Shown: positions 10,643 to 22,553, counted from the first letter of the stretch. The stretch is DNA of 33,799 bases from Octopus bimaculoides (GCF_001194135.2 NC_068990.1:23815363-23849161); one strand, 5' to 3'. Program-made: numbers and translations. Notes: generated by a model not told the origin, from the letters alone.

Positions 10643-12568
10643 AGCTGCGTGCGTCTGTGTATGTGTGTGTGTATTTATATATTTATGTATATATGAAATT
10701 ATGAACATGCTGTCTTGCAGGCAACCATACAAACACAACAGTCTTCATTCCATTATTTACACATTAAAACAAACACATGCATATACTACCAGTCAGTCAG
10801 TCAGTCATCAGATCACTCACTCACTCAATCACTTTGTCAGTCGCACTACCGATCACTCTCTCTCACTCACTCACTCACCCGCTCACTTTAACAACTCTAT
10901 CAATCAACTTCTTATCACTCATCTATCGATCCAGCCAACCCCCAACCCCCACTCGCTCACTCACTCTATCAATCACTCTCTCTCATCCACTCACTCACAG
11001 CCAATACAAAGACGAAAACAAGGACAGAAAGTATGAACGGAATCAGATGCACGAAATGAGCTGACAACCATGCATATAGATGTTACATACTAATCAATTA
11101 TATGTACCCGAATCTACCTCAGTTGTTCAATAACATACATGACATTCACTTTTTGAACTCCTCGATTTTTCTTTATAGAATTGCGTAGTTGGCCAGTAAT
11201 TTTTATGACGAGTTTAAGCATTAAGCTTCTTTTTTTAACTTTATCTGGTTATTCGCTAATTCCTTTACCATCTCCAAGAGAAAAGTATATTTGATTCTAG
11301 ATTATTTTCTATCGACTTAACTGTTCTTTTAATGTTATTCTTTGTCTCTCGTGTCTATTGAATTGGTTTCATAAAACATTTACATTTTGTATTTTTTTTG
11401 AGACAGCAGCCATACAAAATATTACTCGATTTGCAATTTTAAGTATTTTATAGCTTTACGATAAACTTTTGAGTACGTTCTTAGAGATTCTGATACGAGA
11501 TTTTATTCTTCTTTCTCCCTAGCTCCTTTTTTTTTCTCTGACTAGAAACCAAAATAGAGAGAATAATTTTGAAAAGGGGAAGCAAAATCATTTTTCAATG
11601 GAACTTTTGGATCAATATAGAAGACGCAACCACGAAGATATGAAATAAGTTACCAAGATATTGAAAATGCTGGGAAGCCGTCTAAGTAAGTTATCAATTG
11701 TATATTTTGTGCTTGCCAAGAAAACAAAAAGTCTATTAAACGAAAGTAGATTTATTTTATTCAGTTTAAAAATTCAGTTAGAAATGACAGGGACATCTAC
11801 GTTTCCTGTGTAACATGATTACACATATATATTTGGTATGTTCAAAACTTAAATGATAAATATTTATAATCTTATCTAAAACCCGTTGACTGTCGTTTCA
11901 GATAGCAATGGTGATGATGGCAGCTGCTGCGTTTGTTTGAGCCTAGATCAATCCTGATAGAGTATGCCTATTTAAAAAAAAAGAAAGAAATATTCAACAT
12001 GTCTTACGATTTTAAGACAGTAATTTGTAATCATAGGGAGATTTAAGTTCTATTTCTAGTTGGGCGAATGGCCATGTAAATTGTCACGTTGACATTTGGT
12101 CCCTTGCTGGCCTGTCTCTATATGGAACTATTAATTTGTTGTAAAATCAATAAAAGTGTACAGGGAACTGTCATTAAAGAAAAAACTGAGTGCAAATTAG
12201 AGGACGTAAAATTCTACGTCACTCACTTATTTGTAATTTTTCAACCCTTCCTTGAAGAAGTACACAGTCGGAAACGTTGGATTTTTCACTCCTCACAGCA
12301 AATTCACTGTACGCTTTTTATGGATTTTACTGCATAATATAAGTCATACCGACGAAGATCAACACTTTGCTCCTTTGAATCTGTTTGATTATATATTAAT
12401 TTGTGCAGTTTCTCTACTAGTTGTGTAAATCATACACACACAGACACACACTCACACAAACACGCACGCACACACACACAGACACAGACACGCGCGCCCG
12501 CACACATACACGCAAACGCACGTGTGTGTGTGTAAGTATATATGTATAAATACATTTATGTATATGTA

Positions 12569-12795
12569 CGGGGCGGGGAGGGGGCTGAAAAGATCTTGGC
12601 TTTGAGGTTGTCGCGAAAGACCTGGATAGAGGCCGAAACTTCCGAGTTCTTTTACAGGGCTTAGAAAAACTGAAAGACCGCTGTAATAAGTGTGTGAATT
12701 TGAAAGGCGAATATGTTGAATCCAATCATAATTAACTGATCCTCCTGTGTTTTCTTTTACCCAAAGCCAGGAACTTTTCACCACCTCCTTGTGCG
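12569..12795 (+). mobile_element. Mariner-derived MITE (~230 bp), copy 2
   Basis: TA duplications at 12567-68 and 12796-97; TIRs ..CTGAAAAGATCTTGGCTTT and AAAGCCAGGAACTTTTCACC..; remnant QGLEKLKDRCNKCVNLKGEYVE on the + strand. Confidence 0.88.
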
Positions 12796-12865
12796 TATAA
12801 ATGTGCGTACAAATGTGTACATATTTGTACCTAGCAATCTCTTTAGCCGTCAACCACTCTCTCCA

Positions 12866-12930
12866 TGTATGTGTGCGTGTGTTTGCGTGTGCGTGTGTGT
12901 GTATTTGCGTATTCGTGTGTGTTCGTGTGT

Positions 12931-12996
<66 letters not shown>

Positions 12997-13018
12997 CGCG
13001 TACGCGTGTGTGTGTGTC
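12866..13018. repeat. (GT)n microsatellite
   Basis: Visible; marks the point where the Gypsy relic is truncated. Confidence 0.95.
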
Positions 13019-13034
13019 TCCATGTTAAACAAAA

Positions 13035-14880
13035 CGAATGGACAGTTAAAACATTTTAATTTCAGTTTCCTATCGCAAAGCAGCGATTATAGTATCCTCA
13101 AACATTTGAATATGTTTCGAAATCAGGGTTGATAAACAATCAGCGTGTCCTAATTTCTTAGATGGTATAAATTCCATCTTAAAATCATAGTTTAGTAATA
13201 TAGTAATCCAGCGTTGCAACCTATTATCAGTATGCGTAGGGATTGCTTTCTTCGAACTATATATAGATAATAACGGACGATGATCACTCTGTAGTCAAAA
13301 ATTTCTACCGTGTAAAAATCTATGAAATTTTTTCACTCCAAAAATAATCGCTAGAGCATCTTTTTCAATTTGGCCGTCATTTTTTTTTTCCTGCAGGTAC
13401 TAACGGACGTGAGGCATAAACCACGGTTTTCATGTAACCATCTTTATATTTATGTAGCATTACTGCTCCGATACCGTACTTAGAGGCATCTGAAGTTACT
13501 ACAATCTCCACTGCAGGATCAAATCTACTACAATCTCCACTGCAGGATAAAGACAAATCTACTGTTAATTTTTTAAAAAATTTCGTTGAACGCCTAACAA
13601 TTTTCAGACCAATTCCATTTTACATCTTTTTACAGTAAATTATTTAGTAGAGCTGTTACCTTATGCATATTTGATATATAAATTTGATAATAGTTTGCAA
13701 GACCCATAAAAGCTTGTCAGGTAGATATATTTATCTGAGAGGACATATTTTCAATCGCATCTGCCCTCGACGGATCTGGTCGACGACCATTTTTATCAAT
13801 GATCTGTCCTAGATATTTACTTTTAGGTAAGAAAAATTCACATTTCTCACTTAGTGTGAAGTTGTAATCCCTTATTTTTCCGAGCGCATTTATTTTACGG
13901 ACACCACATGCTGATCACGGGATGTACTTTTAATTAAGATATCATCCAGGTAGGCCAACACAGAGTCACACTCTGCAAGCATCGTATCCATCATGTGTTG
14001 CCGGAGCAACGTTTATGCCAAACAGAAGTCGGTTAAACTTGCACAGACCTTCATGTGTATTGATTGTGAGAAACTTAGAACATTTGACTTGGATTGTATC
14101 TGTAAGTAGGCATCAGACAGATCTAATTTTGAGAACAATTTGACACCATTCGTTTCGAGAAAATTTCCTCTGGGCTAGGTAATAAATAGTTATATTGTTT
14201 TAAACAGTCGTTTAGCCCCGTCGAGAATTCTGCGCAAACACGTACTTTATTGTTCTTCTTTTTAACGTACACTCTTGGACTCGCCCAATCTGAGTAACCG
14301 ATCTTTTTCAATCACTTTCATTTTTTTCCAATCTGTCCAATTATTTATTTACCTGTTCCAGTGCTGCAAACGGTACATTACATTTTGGATTGAAAATTGG
14401 TAATGCATTTTCTTTCACCAGAAATTTGGCTTTGAATTTTTTGCACCGACCTAACTCGTTCTAGAAAACATCAGGGAACAATCTCTGCACTTCTTTTAAA
14501 AGTTTTCTGATTGTATTTGAACTGGCACATGACCCCATTTCATTTTTACAAAAATAATTTATGGATAAATCCTAAAAGTCGAACAGTTACATCCAATCGG
14601 TTCGAAAAAGGTTGCTTGTATTTTTCAATACATATGCTTTTGTTTTTATAGTCTTACCGCGAAATATAACGTTACAAATAGTTTCGTCTTTAAGAATTAA
14701 TTTAACCCTTGAGGCATCACGGACAATTTTCGATGTTTTCTGTAGTGTAGCTTTCTCGATTTTTTCCCCATGTGTTTTCATTAAAAAGTATTAAGCTTCT
14801 ATCTCACTGTAATTTTATGTTTGTATAATTAATTTTACATACACAAATTTCCTTTGAGGCTCGTTCGTATTTCTTGTCAC
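13035..14880 (-). pseudogene. pol: Pol pseudogene: protease, reverse transcriptase, RNase H
   Basis: Protease (IKLQ*D..NENTW, NLFRTDWM). RT (VPFAALEQV, YSDWASPRVYVKKKNNKVRVCAEFSTGLN, LDLSDAY, AYLDDILIK with YLDD at 13941-13952, KYLGQIID). RNase H (SDASKYGIGAV, QIEKDALAIIFGVKKFH, QSDHRPLL, GHADCLS). Confidence 0.93.
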
Positions 14881-14899
14881 CGATAAACGGTTTACGTGA

Positions 14900-15818
14900 G
14901 TTTTTCTGTTGAACCGCTTTTTAGGTTTTGTTTTACAGTGTTATCTTTTATGACCTATGTTACCACACTTGAAGCATTTTCGACTTTTATAAGAATAGTT
15001 GAATCTGTAGTGTAGTCATTCACATCCAAAACATAGGTTAATTTTCTGCTTTTCATTTCTTACTTTCGGTCGTCCCGATTGTATATGAGAGCAGTTTCTC
15101 ACTTCAATTTGATCCGTATCGTGGCACAGGTTTTTTACTCTCTGGCATTCCTCAGATATCTCCTATAGAGTTAGCTTCTGATTCTGTTCTAATTTTGTCA
15201 GAATTCGGTTATGAATTTCCGCGTCTTTCTTTGCCGTTAAACCTTGCACGAAAATTAAACATTTAACCGCATCTGGAGTTGGTTCATAAATTTAAATTTC
15301 TCGCATTCCCTATTAACGATTCCAGCGTATGTAATAAAATCTTCGTCCTCATTTTTTCTTTGTTTTTGTAATATTCATGCATTGCCAGCGCGTATCAAAT
15401 AAGGAACTTCTCTCGCTGAAAATCTTTGAAAGGGTATCAATAGTTTCTTTAAAATAAAGTTCCCTCGGTCTCTTCGGTAATATATTGCTTCAGTATCTTT
15501 TTGCTCGGCTGGGGCCAACTCTCTCAAACAAAAGTAAGGTTTTGTTTCATCTTGCCAGTCGGAGTACTCTTCTTTAAAAATCTCCCCATGCCTTCTGTAA
15601 TACGCAGGAAAGGAAATACCCTCATCTGGATTATATGTGAGTTCCCCGGTGAAGTTGGCGACCGTATCAAGGGTGAGCGAAGTCGATGTATTTTCTGTTT
15701 TTTCGAGTCGCAGCTGTACTGACAGATCCTGTTGCTTCTGCCATTCCACCAACTGCTGTTGTTGCTGCTTTTGTTATTGTTTCTCTAATTCAGTTACCGA
15801 CACTAGTAATTCTTCCAT
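14900..15818 (-). pseudogene. gag: Gag pseudogene of the Gypsy relic
   Basis: MEELL.., TYNPDEGISFPAYYRRH, EDFITYAGIVNRECEKFK, KCLIFVQGLTAKKDAEI..RILTKLEQ, and zinc knuckles CFGCE*LHY and CFKCGNIGHKR*HC (about 14935-14977). Confidence 0.88.
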
Positions 15819-15896
15819 GTTCCAAATAAAAAAATATATTTAGCTTGGGTTCGAATATCCTCGTTGCTAATGGTTATGTCTTCGGGGGTTTGAATA

Positions 15897-15906
15897 TCTC
15901 GCGCCA
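15897..15906 (-). promoter_or_regulatory. Putative primer-binding site of the Gypsy element
   Basis: TGGCGCGAGA lies 4 nt after a TGACA end and upstream of gag. The TGG start is complementary to tRNA 3'-CCA; the tRNA is not identified. Confidence 0.55.
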
Positions 15907-15910
15907 ATAA

Positions 15911-16379
15911 TGTCATGACGACATTGGGGTGTGCACAAGGATATAGGAATAGCATTATCCACATAAATGTTTGGATATGGTTATCTACAATAACCATATC
16001 CAAACACGTAAATAGCACTTAAATATTGGGCTGAAAAGGCCCACGGATAGAAAAAGTCGAAGGCTCCCGCATTATTTCTTATGGAACCCCGTTTAGAGGC
16101 GTAGGAGTGACTGTGTGGTAAGTAACTTGCTTAACAACCCCACGGTTCCGGGTTCATTCCCACTGCGTGACACGTTGGGCAAGTGTCTTCTACTATAGCT
16201 TCGGGCCGACCAAAGCCGTGTGAGTGAATTTGGTAAACGGAAACTGAAAGAAGCCCAATCATTTGCTGCAGTCCAACAGCAGAAGATCTAACAACCAATT
16301 TTAGGAGAGAATGAGGGCGCATGAAATCCATTGACAAGGGATTTCGTCAGGTTAATCAGGTTGACTTTACCTGACGACA
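15911..16379 (-). mobile_element. Putative 5' LTR (interrupted by a SINE half)
   Basis: Minus strand starts TGTCGTCA (16379) and ends TCATGACA (15911), giving TG..CA with an imperfect 8-bp terminal inverted repeat, immediately followed by the PBS. There is no second LTR to confirm it. Confidence 0.45.
16097..16256 (+). mobile_element. SINE family A 5' half
   Basis: AGGCGTAGGAGTGACTGTGTGGTAAG head through GGAAACTGAAAGAAGCCC; stops just before the family's internal microsatellite. Confidence 0.92.
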
Positions 16380-16395
16380 AATGTCAAATGTCGGG

Positions 16396-16810
16396 TCTCT
16401 TCTACTCTTTTACTTGTTTCAGTCATTTGACTGAGGCCATGCTGGAGCACCGCCTTTAGTCGAGCAAATCGACCGCAGGACTTATTCTTTGTAAGCCTAG
16501 TACTTATTCTATCGGTTTCTTTTTGCCGAATCGCTAAGTTACGGGGACGTAAATACACCAGCATCGGTTGTCAAGCGATGTTAGGGGACAAAGACAAACA
16601 CACACACACACACACACACACACATACGTACATATATACATATATACGACGAGCTTCTTTCAGTTTCCGTCTACCAAATCCACTCACAAGGCTTTGGTCG
16701 GCCCGGGGCTATAGTAAAAGACACCTGCCTAAGGTGCCACGCTGTAGGACTGAACCTGAAACCATGTGGATCGTATGCAAACTACTTACCACACAGCCAC
16801 TCCTACGCCT
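16396..16810 (-). mobile_element. Full-length SINE family A copy
   Basis: In sense: tRNA-like head, CACCTTAGGCAGGTG CORE-like segment, internal (TA)/(TG) repeat at about 16597-16646, 3' half with GATAGAATAAGTAC, tail CAGTCAAATGACTGAAACAAGTAAAAGAGTAGAAGAG. Confidence 0.93.
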
Positions 16811-18201
16811 ATTGAAATTCTTGAGGTATAACTTAGGACAAATTTACCTGCTATATCTAGTAAAACATGTGACCATGTTGAAGCGGTTTCTTTTGAACTC
16901 TTTAAAGTATAACTGCTGTAGTCCAAAATTATTAGTCACGATGAAAGCAGGATATAAAATATTGGAAACGCAATATGATGCCAAAACAGATTATCTAGCA
17001 AAGCCTCCAGCTATAGAAGAATTCTATAGAAAATAACATTGAAGATGTCAATATTCATCATTCATTAGAGGAAGAAAAGGATCAATTGGAAATCTATTCT
17101 CGAACAAAACAAGACGGCTGAAGTAAGAAGTCGTTGTTGTTGTTGTTTTTTCATAGTAATCCATAGTAATCCATTCCTACAGATTGGTAAGTCGGATAAT
17201 CTCATTAGTTTATTTATTGATAAGAAGACGTGTGTGTGTATGTGTGAATGTAAATAAGTATATATGTATGTATATNNNNNNNNNNNNNNNNNNNNNNNNN
17301 NNNNNNNNNNNNNNNNNNNNNNNNNNNNNNNNNNNNNNNNNNNNNNNNNNNNNNNNNNNNNNNNNNNNNNNNNNNNNNNNNNNNNNNNNNNNNNNNNNNN
17401 NNNNNNNNNNNNNNNNNNNNNNNNNNNNNNNNNNNNNNNNNNNNNNNNNNNNNNNNNNNNNNNNNNNNNNNNNNNNNNNNNNNNNNNNNNNNNNNNNNNN
17501 NNNNNNNNNNNNNNNNNNNNNNNNNNNNNNNNNNNNNNNNNNNNNNNNNNNNNNNNNNNNNNNNNNNNNNNNNNNNNNNNNNNNNNNNNNNNNNNNNNNN
17601 NNNNNNNNNNNNNNNNNNNNNNNNNNNNNNNNNNNNNNNNNNNNNNNNNNNNNNNNNNNNNNNNNNNNNNNNNNNNNNNNNNNNNNNNNNNNNNNNNNNN
17701 NNNNNNNNNNNNNNNNNNNNNNNNNNNNNNNNNNNNNNNNNNNNNNNNNNNNNNNNNNNNNNNNNNNNNNNNNNNNNNNNNNNNNNNNNNNNNNNNNNNN
17801 NNNNNNNNNNNNNNNNNNNNNNNNNNNNNNNNNNNNNNNNNNNNNNNNNNNNNNNNNNNNNNNNNNNNNNNNNNNNNNNNNNNNNNNNNNNNNNNNNNNN
17901 NNNNNNNNNNNNNNNNNNNNNNNNNNNNNNNNNNNNNNNNNNNNNNNNNNNNNNNNNNNNNNNNNNNNNNNNNNNNNNNNNNNNNNNNNNNNNNNNNNNN
18001 NNNNNNNNNNNNNNNNNNNNNNNNNNNNNNNNNNNNNNNNNNNNNNNNNNNNNNNNNNNNNNNNNNNNNNNNNNNNNNNNNNNNNNNNNNNNNNNNNNNN
18101 NNNNNNNNNNNNNNNNNNNNNNNNNNNNNNNNNNNNNNNNNNNNNNNNNNNNNNNNNNNNNNNNNNNNNNNNNNNNNNNNNNNNNNNNNNNNNNNNNNNN
18201 N

Positions 18202-18278
<77 letters not shown>

Positions 18279-19304
18279 GTGTGTGTACGTATGTCTGTGC
18301 TTGTGTTATTTTGTAAGTGTGTAAGAGAAAGAGTTAGTGTGTATCTATGTTTGTGAGAATGTGTACGTGTGCGTGTGCGTGTACGTGTACGCTTATGTGT
18401 GTAGGTAGGATGCATATTGCACATGCATGCAGACATGCAGATAAAGTGCATTTATATGCAAATAAGCAAAATGATTTGTCGAATAATCAAATAGACTGCA
18501 GAGACAGATTCATAGACATACAGACAAAAAGACAGAAAAGCAAAGAGACAAACCAATAGACAACAAAGACCTGAAGCAGATAAATAGCATAAATAAATAG
18601 ATAAGCCACAAACGAAACAACAGCAACAGTTACAACAACAGCAAGAATAAAACAACAATAACAGAATAATGATATAATGAAAAAGAAAAGAGAAATAGAA
18701 AAAGAAGTGAAATAGATGAAGGAAAATAAAATCAAAGATGGCGATTTGTTGCTGTAAGATTTTCTGATCGATAATAATAAGGCGCTAGTAGCTGTTAGTG
18801 ACTGCAGCAGACAAATCGATCTACTGTATTTTACTTTCTGCTCTGTTTAAAACTATTTCTCTGACGTTATATTACTGATTGAACAGAAAAATAGCTATAT
18901 ACTTTAGGCACAATGGCAACAGTGCAAACTACAGGAATATATCTTCAGACGTAACATAGTAATAACACCGAACGCGTATGAATACATGAGTACGAAACAC
19001 GGCCTTCTTTGTCATTTCTTAGCTTTGTTAGTTCGATATACGTGTTTGCCTGGGATTATGTGTGTGAGTGTGTGTGGGTCAGTGTGCTTGTATGTCTGTG
19101 TATGTGCTTGTATATGCTTGTGTATGTATGTATGCATGTATATATATATATATATAATATAATTATATATATATATATGTATATATATATATAATTATAC
19201 ACATACACACACATATATATATATACGTATACTTGCATGTACATTTATCTATCTATCAACCTATCGATCTATCTATCTATAAAAACATGCAAACCTATCT
19301 CTCC

Positions 19305-19346
<42 letters not shown>

Positions 19347-19390
19347 GATGCGATGTATGTATATGTATATATATATATATATATATAATG

Positions 19391-19443
<53 letters not shown>

Positions 19444-19824
19444 ATGTGTGTGTGTGTGTGTATACATATACATACATGCATGCATACATCCCATCTTCAT
19501 ATTTTGCTATCAGCCCCCACCCCCACCCCTGGTTCGCTAAGTCACATGTATGCAACTATTTTTGAAGCCAAGCAGTGAATCGTTTATAACGATCGACAAG
19601 ATTTTTTTTTGTTGTTTTGTCAATCGTGTAATGAAACAAATATTATAAACAGGGTTCCAAAAAGAAAAAAAACAACACCTAATCAAACGCAAACAATCCC
19701 CTTAAAAATACTAATAACAATAACAAGTGCGCTTCCGGGAACATTGTTTTCTACTTAACCTCAGACACACGGACATTTGGATCCAGTTTTTATTTATTCG
19801 TTTTTCTATTTACTTATTTATCTT

Positions 19825-20060
19825 TCCTTTTTTTTTACTTGTTTCAGCTTTTGGAGTGCGGCCATGTTGGAGAAGCCCCTTGAAGGGTTTAGCTGAACCT
19901 ATCGGCCTCATTATGTATTTTGTTGAAATTTGGTGCATTTTCTATCAGTTTCTCGTGCCGAACCGGTAGGTTACAGAGGCGTAAACCAACTAATACAAAT
20001 TGTCAAGCAGTGGTGGTGGTGGTGGGGATGACAAACATGGACACACACACACACGCACAC
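19825..20060 (-). mobile_element. Older SINE family A 3' half
   Basis: TTTTACTTGTTTCAG..TGCGGCCATGTTGGAG..TGCCGAACC..TTGTCAAGC..GACAAACA running into (CA)/(TA) repeats and a gap. Confidence 0.8.
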
Positions 20061-20099
20061 ACGCACGCACTTAAGCACACACATATTCATATATATATA

Positions 20100-20130
<31 letters not shown>

Positions 20131-20765
20131 NNNNNNNNNNNNNNNNNNNNNNNNNNNNNNNNNNNNNNNNNNNNNNNNNNNNNNNNNNNNNNNNNNNNNN
20201 NNNNNNNNNNNNNNNNNNNNNNNNNNNNNNNNNNNNNNNNNNNNNNNNNNNNNNNNNNNNNNNNNNNNNNNNNNNNNNNNNNNNNNNNNNNNNNNNNNNN
20301 NNNNNNNNNNNNNNNNNNNNNNNNNNNNNNNNNNNNNNNNNNNNNNNNNNNNNNNNNNNNNNNNNNNNNNNNNNNNNNNNNNNNNNNNNNNNNNNNNNNN
20401 NNNNNNNNNNNNNNNNNNNNNNNNNNNNNNNNNNNNNNNNNNNNNNNNNNNNNNNNNNNNNNNNNNNNNNNNNNNNNNNNNNNNNNNNNNNNNNNNNNNN
20501 NNNNNNNNNNNNNNNNNNNNNNNNNNNNNNNNNNNNNNNNNNNNNNNNNNNNNNNNNNNNNNNNNNNNNNNNNNNNNNNNNNNNNNNNNNNNNNNNNNNN
20601 NNNNNNNNNNNNNNNNNNNNNNNNNNNNNNNNNNNNNNNNNNNNNNNNNNNNNNNNNNNNNNNNNNNNNNNNNNNNNNNNNNNNNNNNNNNNNNNNNNNN
20701 NNNNNNNNNNNNNNNNNNNNNNNNNNNNNNNNNNNNNNNNNNNNNNNNNNNNNNNNNNNNNNNNN

Positions 20766-21017
20766 TTTGCCGAACCGCCAGGCCACGGGGACGCAAGCAC
20801 ACCACCATCGGTTGTCAAGCGATGTTGGGGGGACAAACACAGACACACAAACACGACGGGCTTCTTTCAGTTTCCGTCTACCAAATCCACTCACAAGGCT
20901 TTTGTCGGCCCGAGGCTATAGTAGAAGACACTTGCCCAAGATGCCACGCAGTGGGAATGAACCCGGAACCATGTGGTTGGTAAGCAAGCTACTTACCACA
21001 CAGCCACTCTTGCGCCT
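20766..21017 (-). mobile_element. Young SINE family A copy (tail lost in gap)
   Basis: Close match to 16396-16810; the internal repeat is unexpanded (AAACACAGACACACAAACACGACGGG). Confidence 0.93.
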
Positions 21018-21092
21018 AATTGCTCGTTATAATTATATATACTTTAAGGGAAAGGCATGGATGGTATCTGATCTCAAGTCGTGCATTCGATT

Positions 21093-22289
21093 CCTTGAGA
21101 CCTGTTCATAAAGGAACCGAGCGTTTAGGAAAGAATTTATTGTTAAGATGATAATTTAAGCTGATTTGCACATTTCATTACATAATATCCTTTTTCCATT
21201 CAACCGACAAACCCCTTCCAACGGTGTTTCCACTTTCGGAAAGCGTCCTAGGAAGGCTTCAGAGGTATTCAGCACTTAGCGTTACTAATTTTCTCCGAAG
21301 TCCTTCATCGTTTGAGATTGGCAATTTTTCGCTTTTGAAACAAGGAAAACAAATTGTGCAGTCGACAATGGTGAAATGGACGAAAGACGTCTCGTGCACT
21401 GTCAAAAAAATCAGACAAGAAGAAGCACGTGAATAGGGGAGCATGGTCGTGGTGTAACAACCAGATTCGATAAGCTCTAAAACACTTCCTCTGCTCTCTC
21501 TCTCTTTCTCTTTCTGTCACTCCCTTTTTTCTGTCTATCTCTTCCCCACCGCTCTCTCTCTCTTTCTCAAACGCTTCATGACATCCTAGTAATGCATTAT
21601 ATTGATCGTTTTACCAAGCAGAACAATCTCATGATGAACGATGACATAACAATTAAAATTGACGATCAACATGAACGCGTTTGAGCGAGACAAGCGAGTT
21701 ATTTTAATGGCAGTGACGATGAACCAAGCACCGCAATGATTTCTATTTTACATCGTAGCCATGCTATTACGTTTCGTTACCAATTATGACATTTTCAGAA
21801 AGTTTTCGTCAGTATTACAACATCTGATAACGGCTTCGGTTTGTTTTTGCTCATCCATCAACTCGTGTATTACCATTTATCTGTTACAATATGATGCGTC
21901 TTTAATATTTCTTTCAAAACCCCGTAGCACAAACTAGCTATTTTTCGGAAAAATTCAGATAGTCAGGCGACAGTATAGATCACCCTCGTTCGTTGTCATG
22001 GAATCATTTAGATTTGGAATTGTCTTCGGTGGATGTTCATTCCGATTTCAAAACGCTTGTGACGGATTTTCCCAAAGCTATTGCTTTTCAAATCCTTTAT
22101 TGCTGAACTTGAGACAAATCAGCGGGTGCACTAAAACATGCGTTCACTTCTTCATATTGCGTTATGTAAACTTTGTGAGACAGTAGATCAAAGTCTCCCA
22201 TTCATCGAACCTCAGTTGCACCCACACTGCGCCGATTGGTCGATGTCTTAGTTTAAATGTCCGGTTTCTTTCTTGGGACAAACGTCGTA
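21093..22289 (-). mobile_element. Near full-length but decayed mariner element (~1.2 kb)
   Basis: TIR-like TACGACGTTTGTCCCAAGAAAGAAACCGGAC at the right end and a degenerate counterpart near 21093. Minus-strand fragments in the correct order: LGKSVT, DEQKQ, TDENFLK/VIIGNET (first D region), HGYD, RSNAFMLIVNFNCYVIVHHEIVLLGKTIN..DVMKRLR, WLLHHDHAP, DAFRKWKHRW. A (CT)-rich expansion sits at about 21490-21570. Confidence 0.85.
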
Positions 22290-22553
22290 TCCTAGTAGCA
22301 GAAATGAAGTGAAATTATTTGGCCAATAATTGGAATCAAGTCATTGCTTCAAATCGTTTGGAGGTTTTTCATATTCTGCGGTGATTACCAAGAAGATATT
22401 CAATCCTGCCAAGGCGCTGGCGCGGTCGTTTTGTAAGAGGTTTGCTTCTCAACCATTGTCAAGAATGAATTATTTATAGATGAAGGAAAACAAAAATGTA
22501 AAGGCTGCCATATTATTTTGATGGATTAAAAATATTCATACGGATACACACAT

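Larger units (their letters stand above)
13035..15910 (-). mobile_element. Gypsy/Ty3 LTR retrotransposon relic (Mag / K02A2.6-like), internal region truncated before integrase
   Basis: Collinear gag, protease, RT and RNase H on the minus strand with many stops and frameshifts; see the gag and pol entries. Confidence 0.93.

Noticed and set aside
16131-16337. Recurrent peptide GRPEAIVEDTCPxCHAVGxNPEPWG (also at 7985 and in other frames at 16578 and 20767)
   Set aside because: Translation of the SINE A head on either strand; it recurs because the DNA repeat recurs.
5084-18745. YY1-like AA(A/G)ATGGCG motifs at about 5084, 7431 and 18735
   Set aside because: Isolated short motifs; they cannot be distinguished from chance without functional data.
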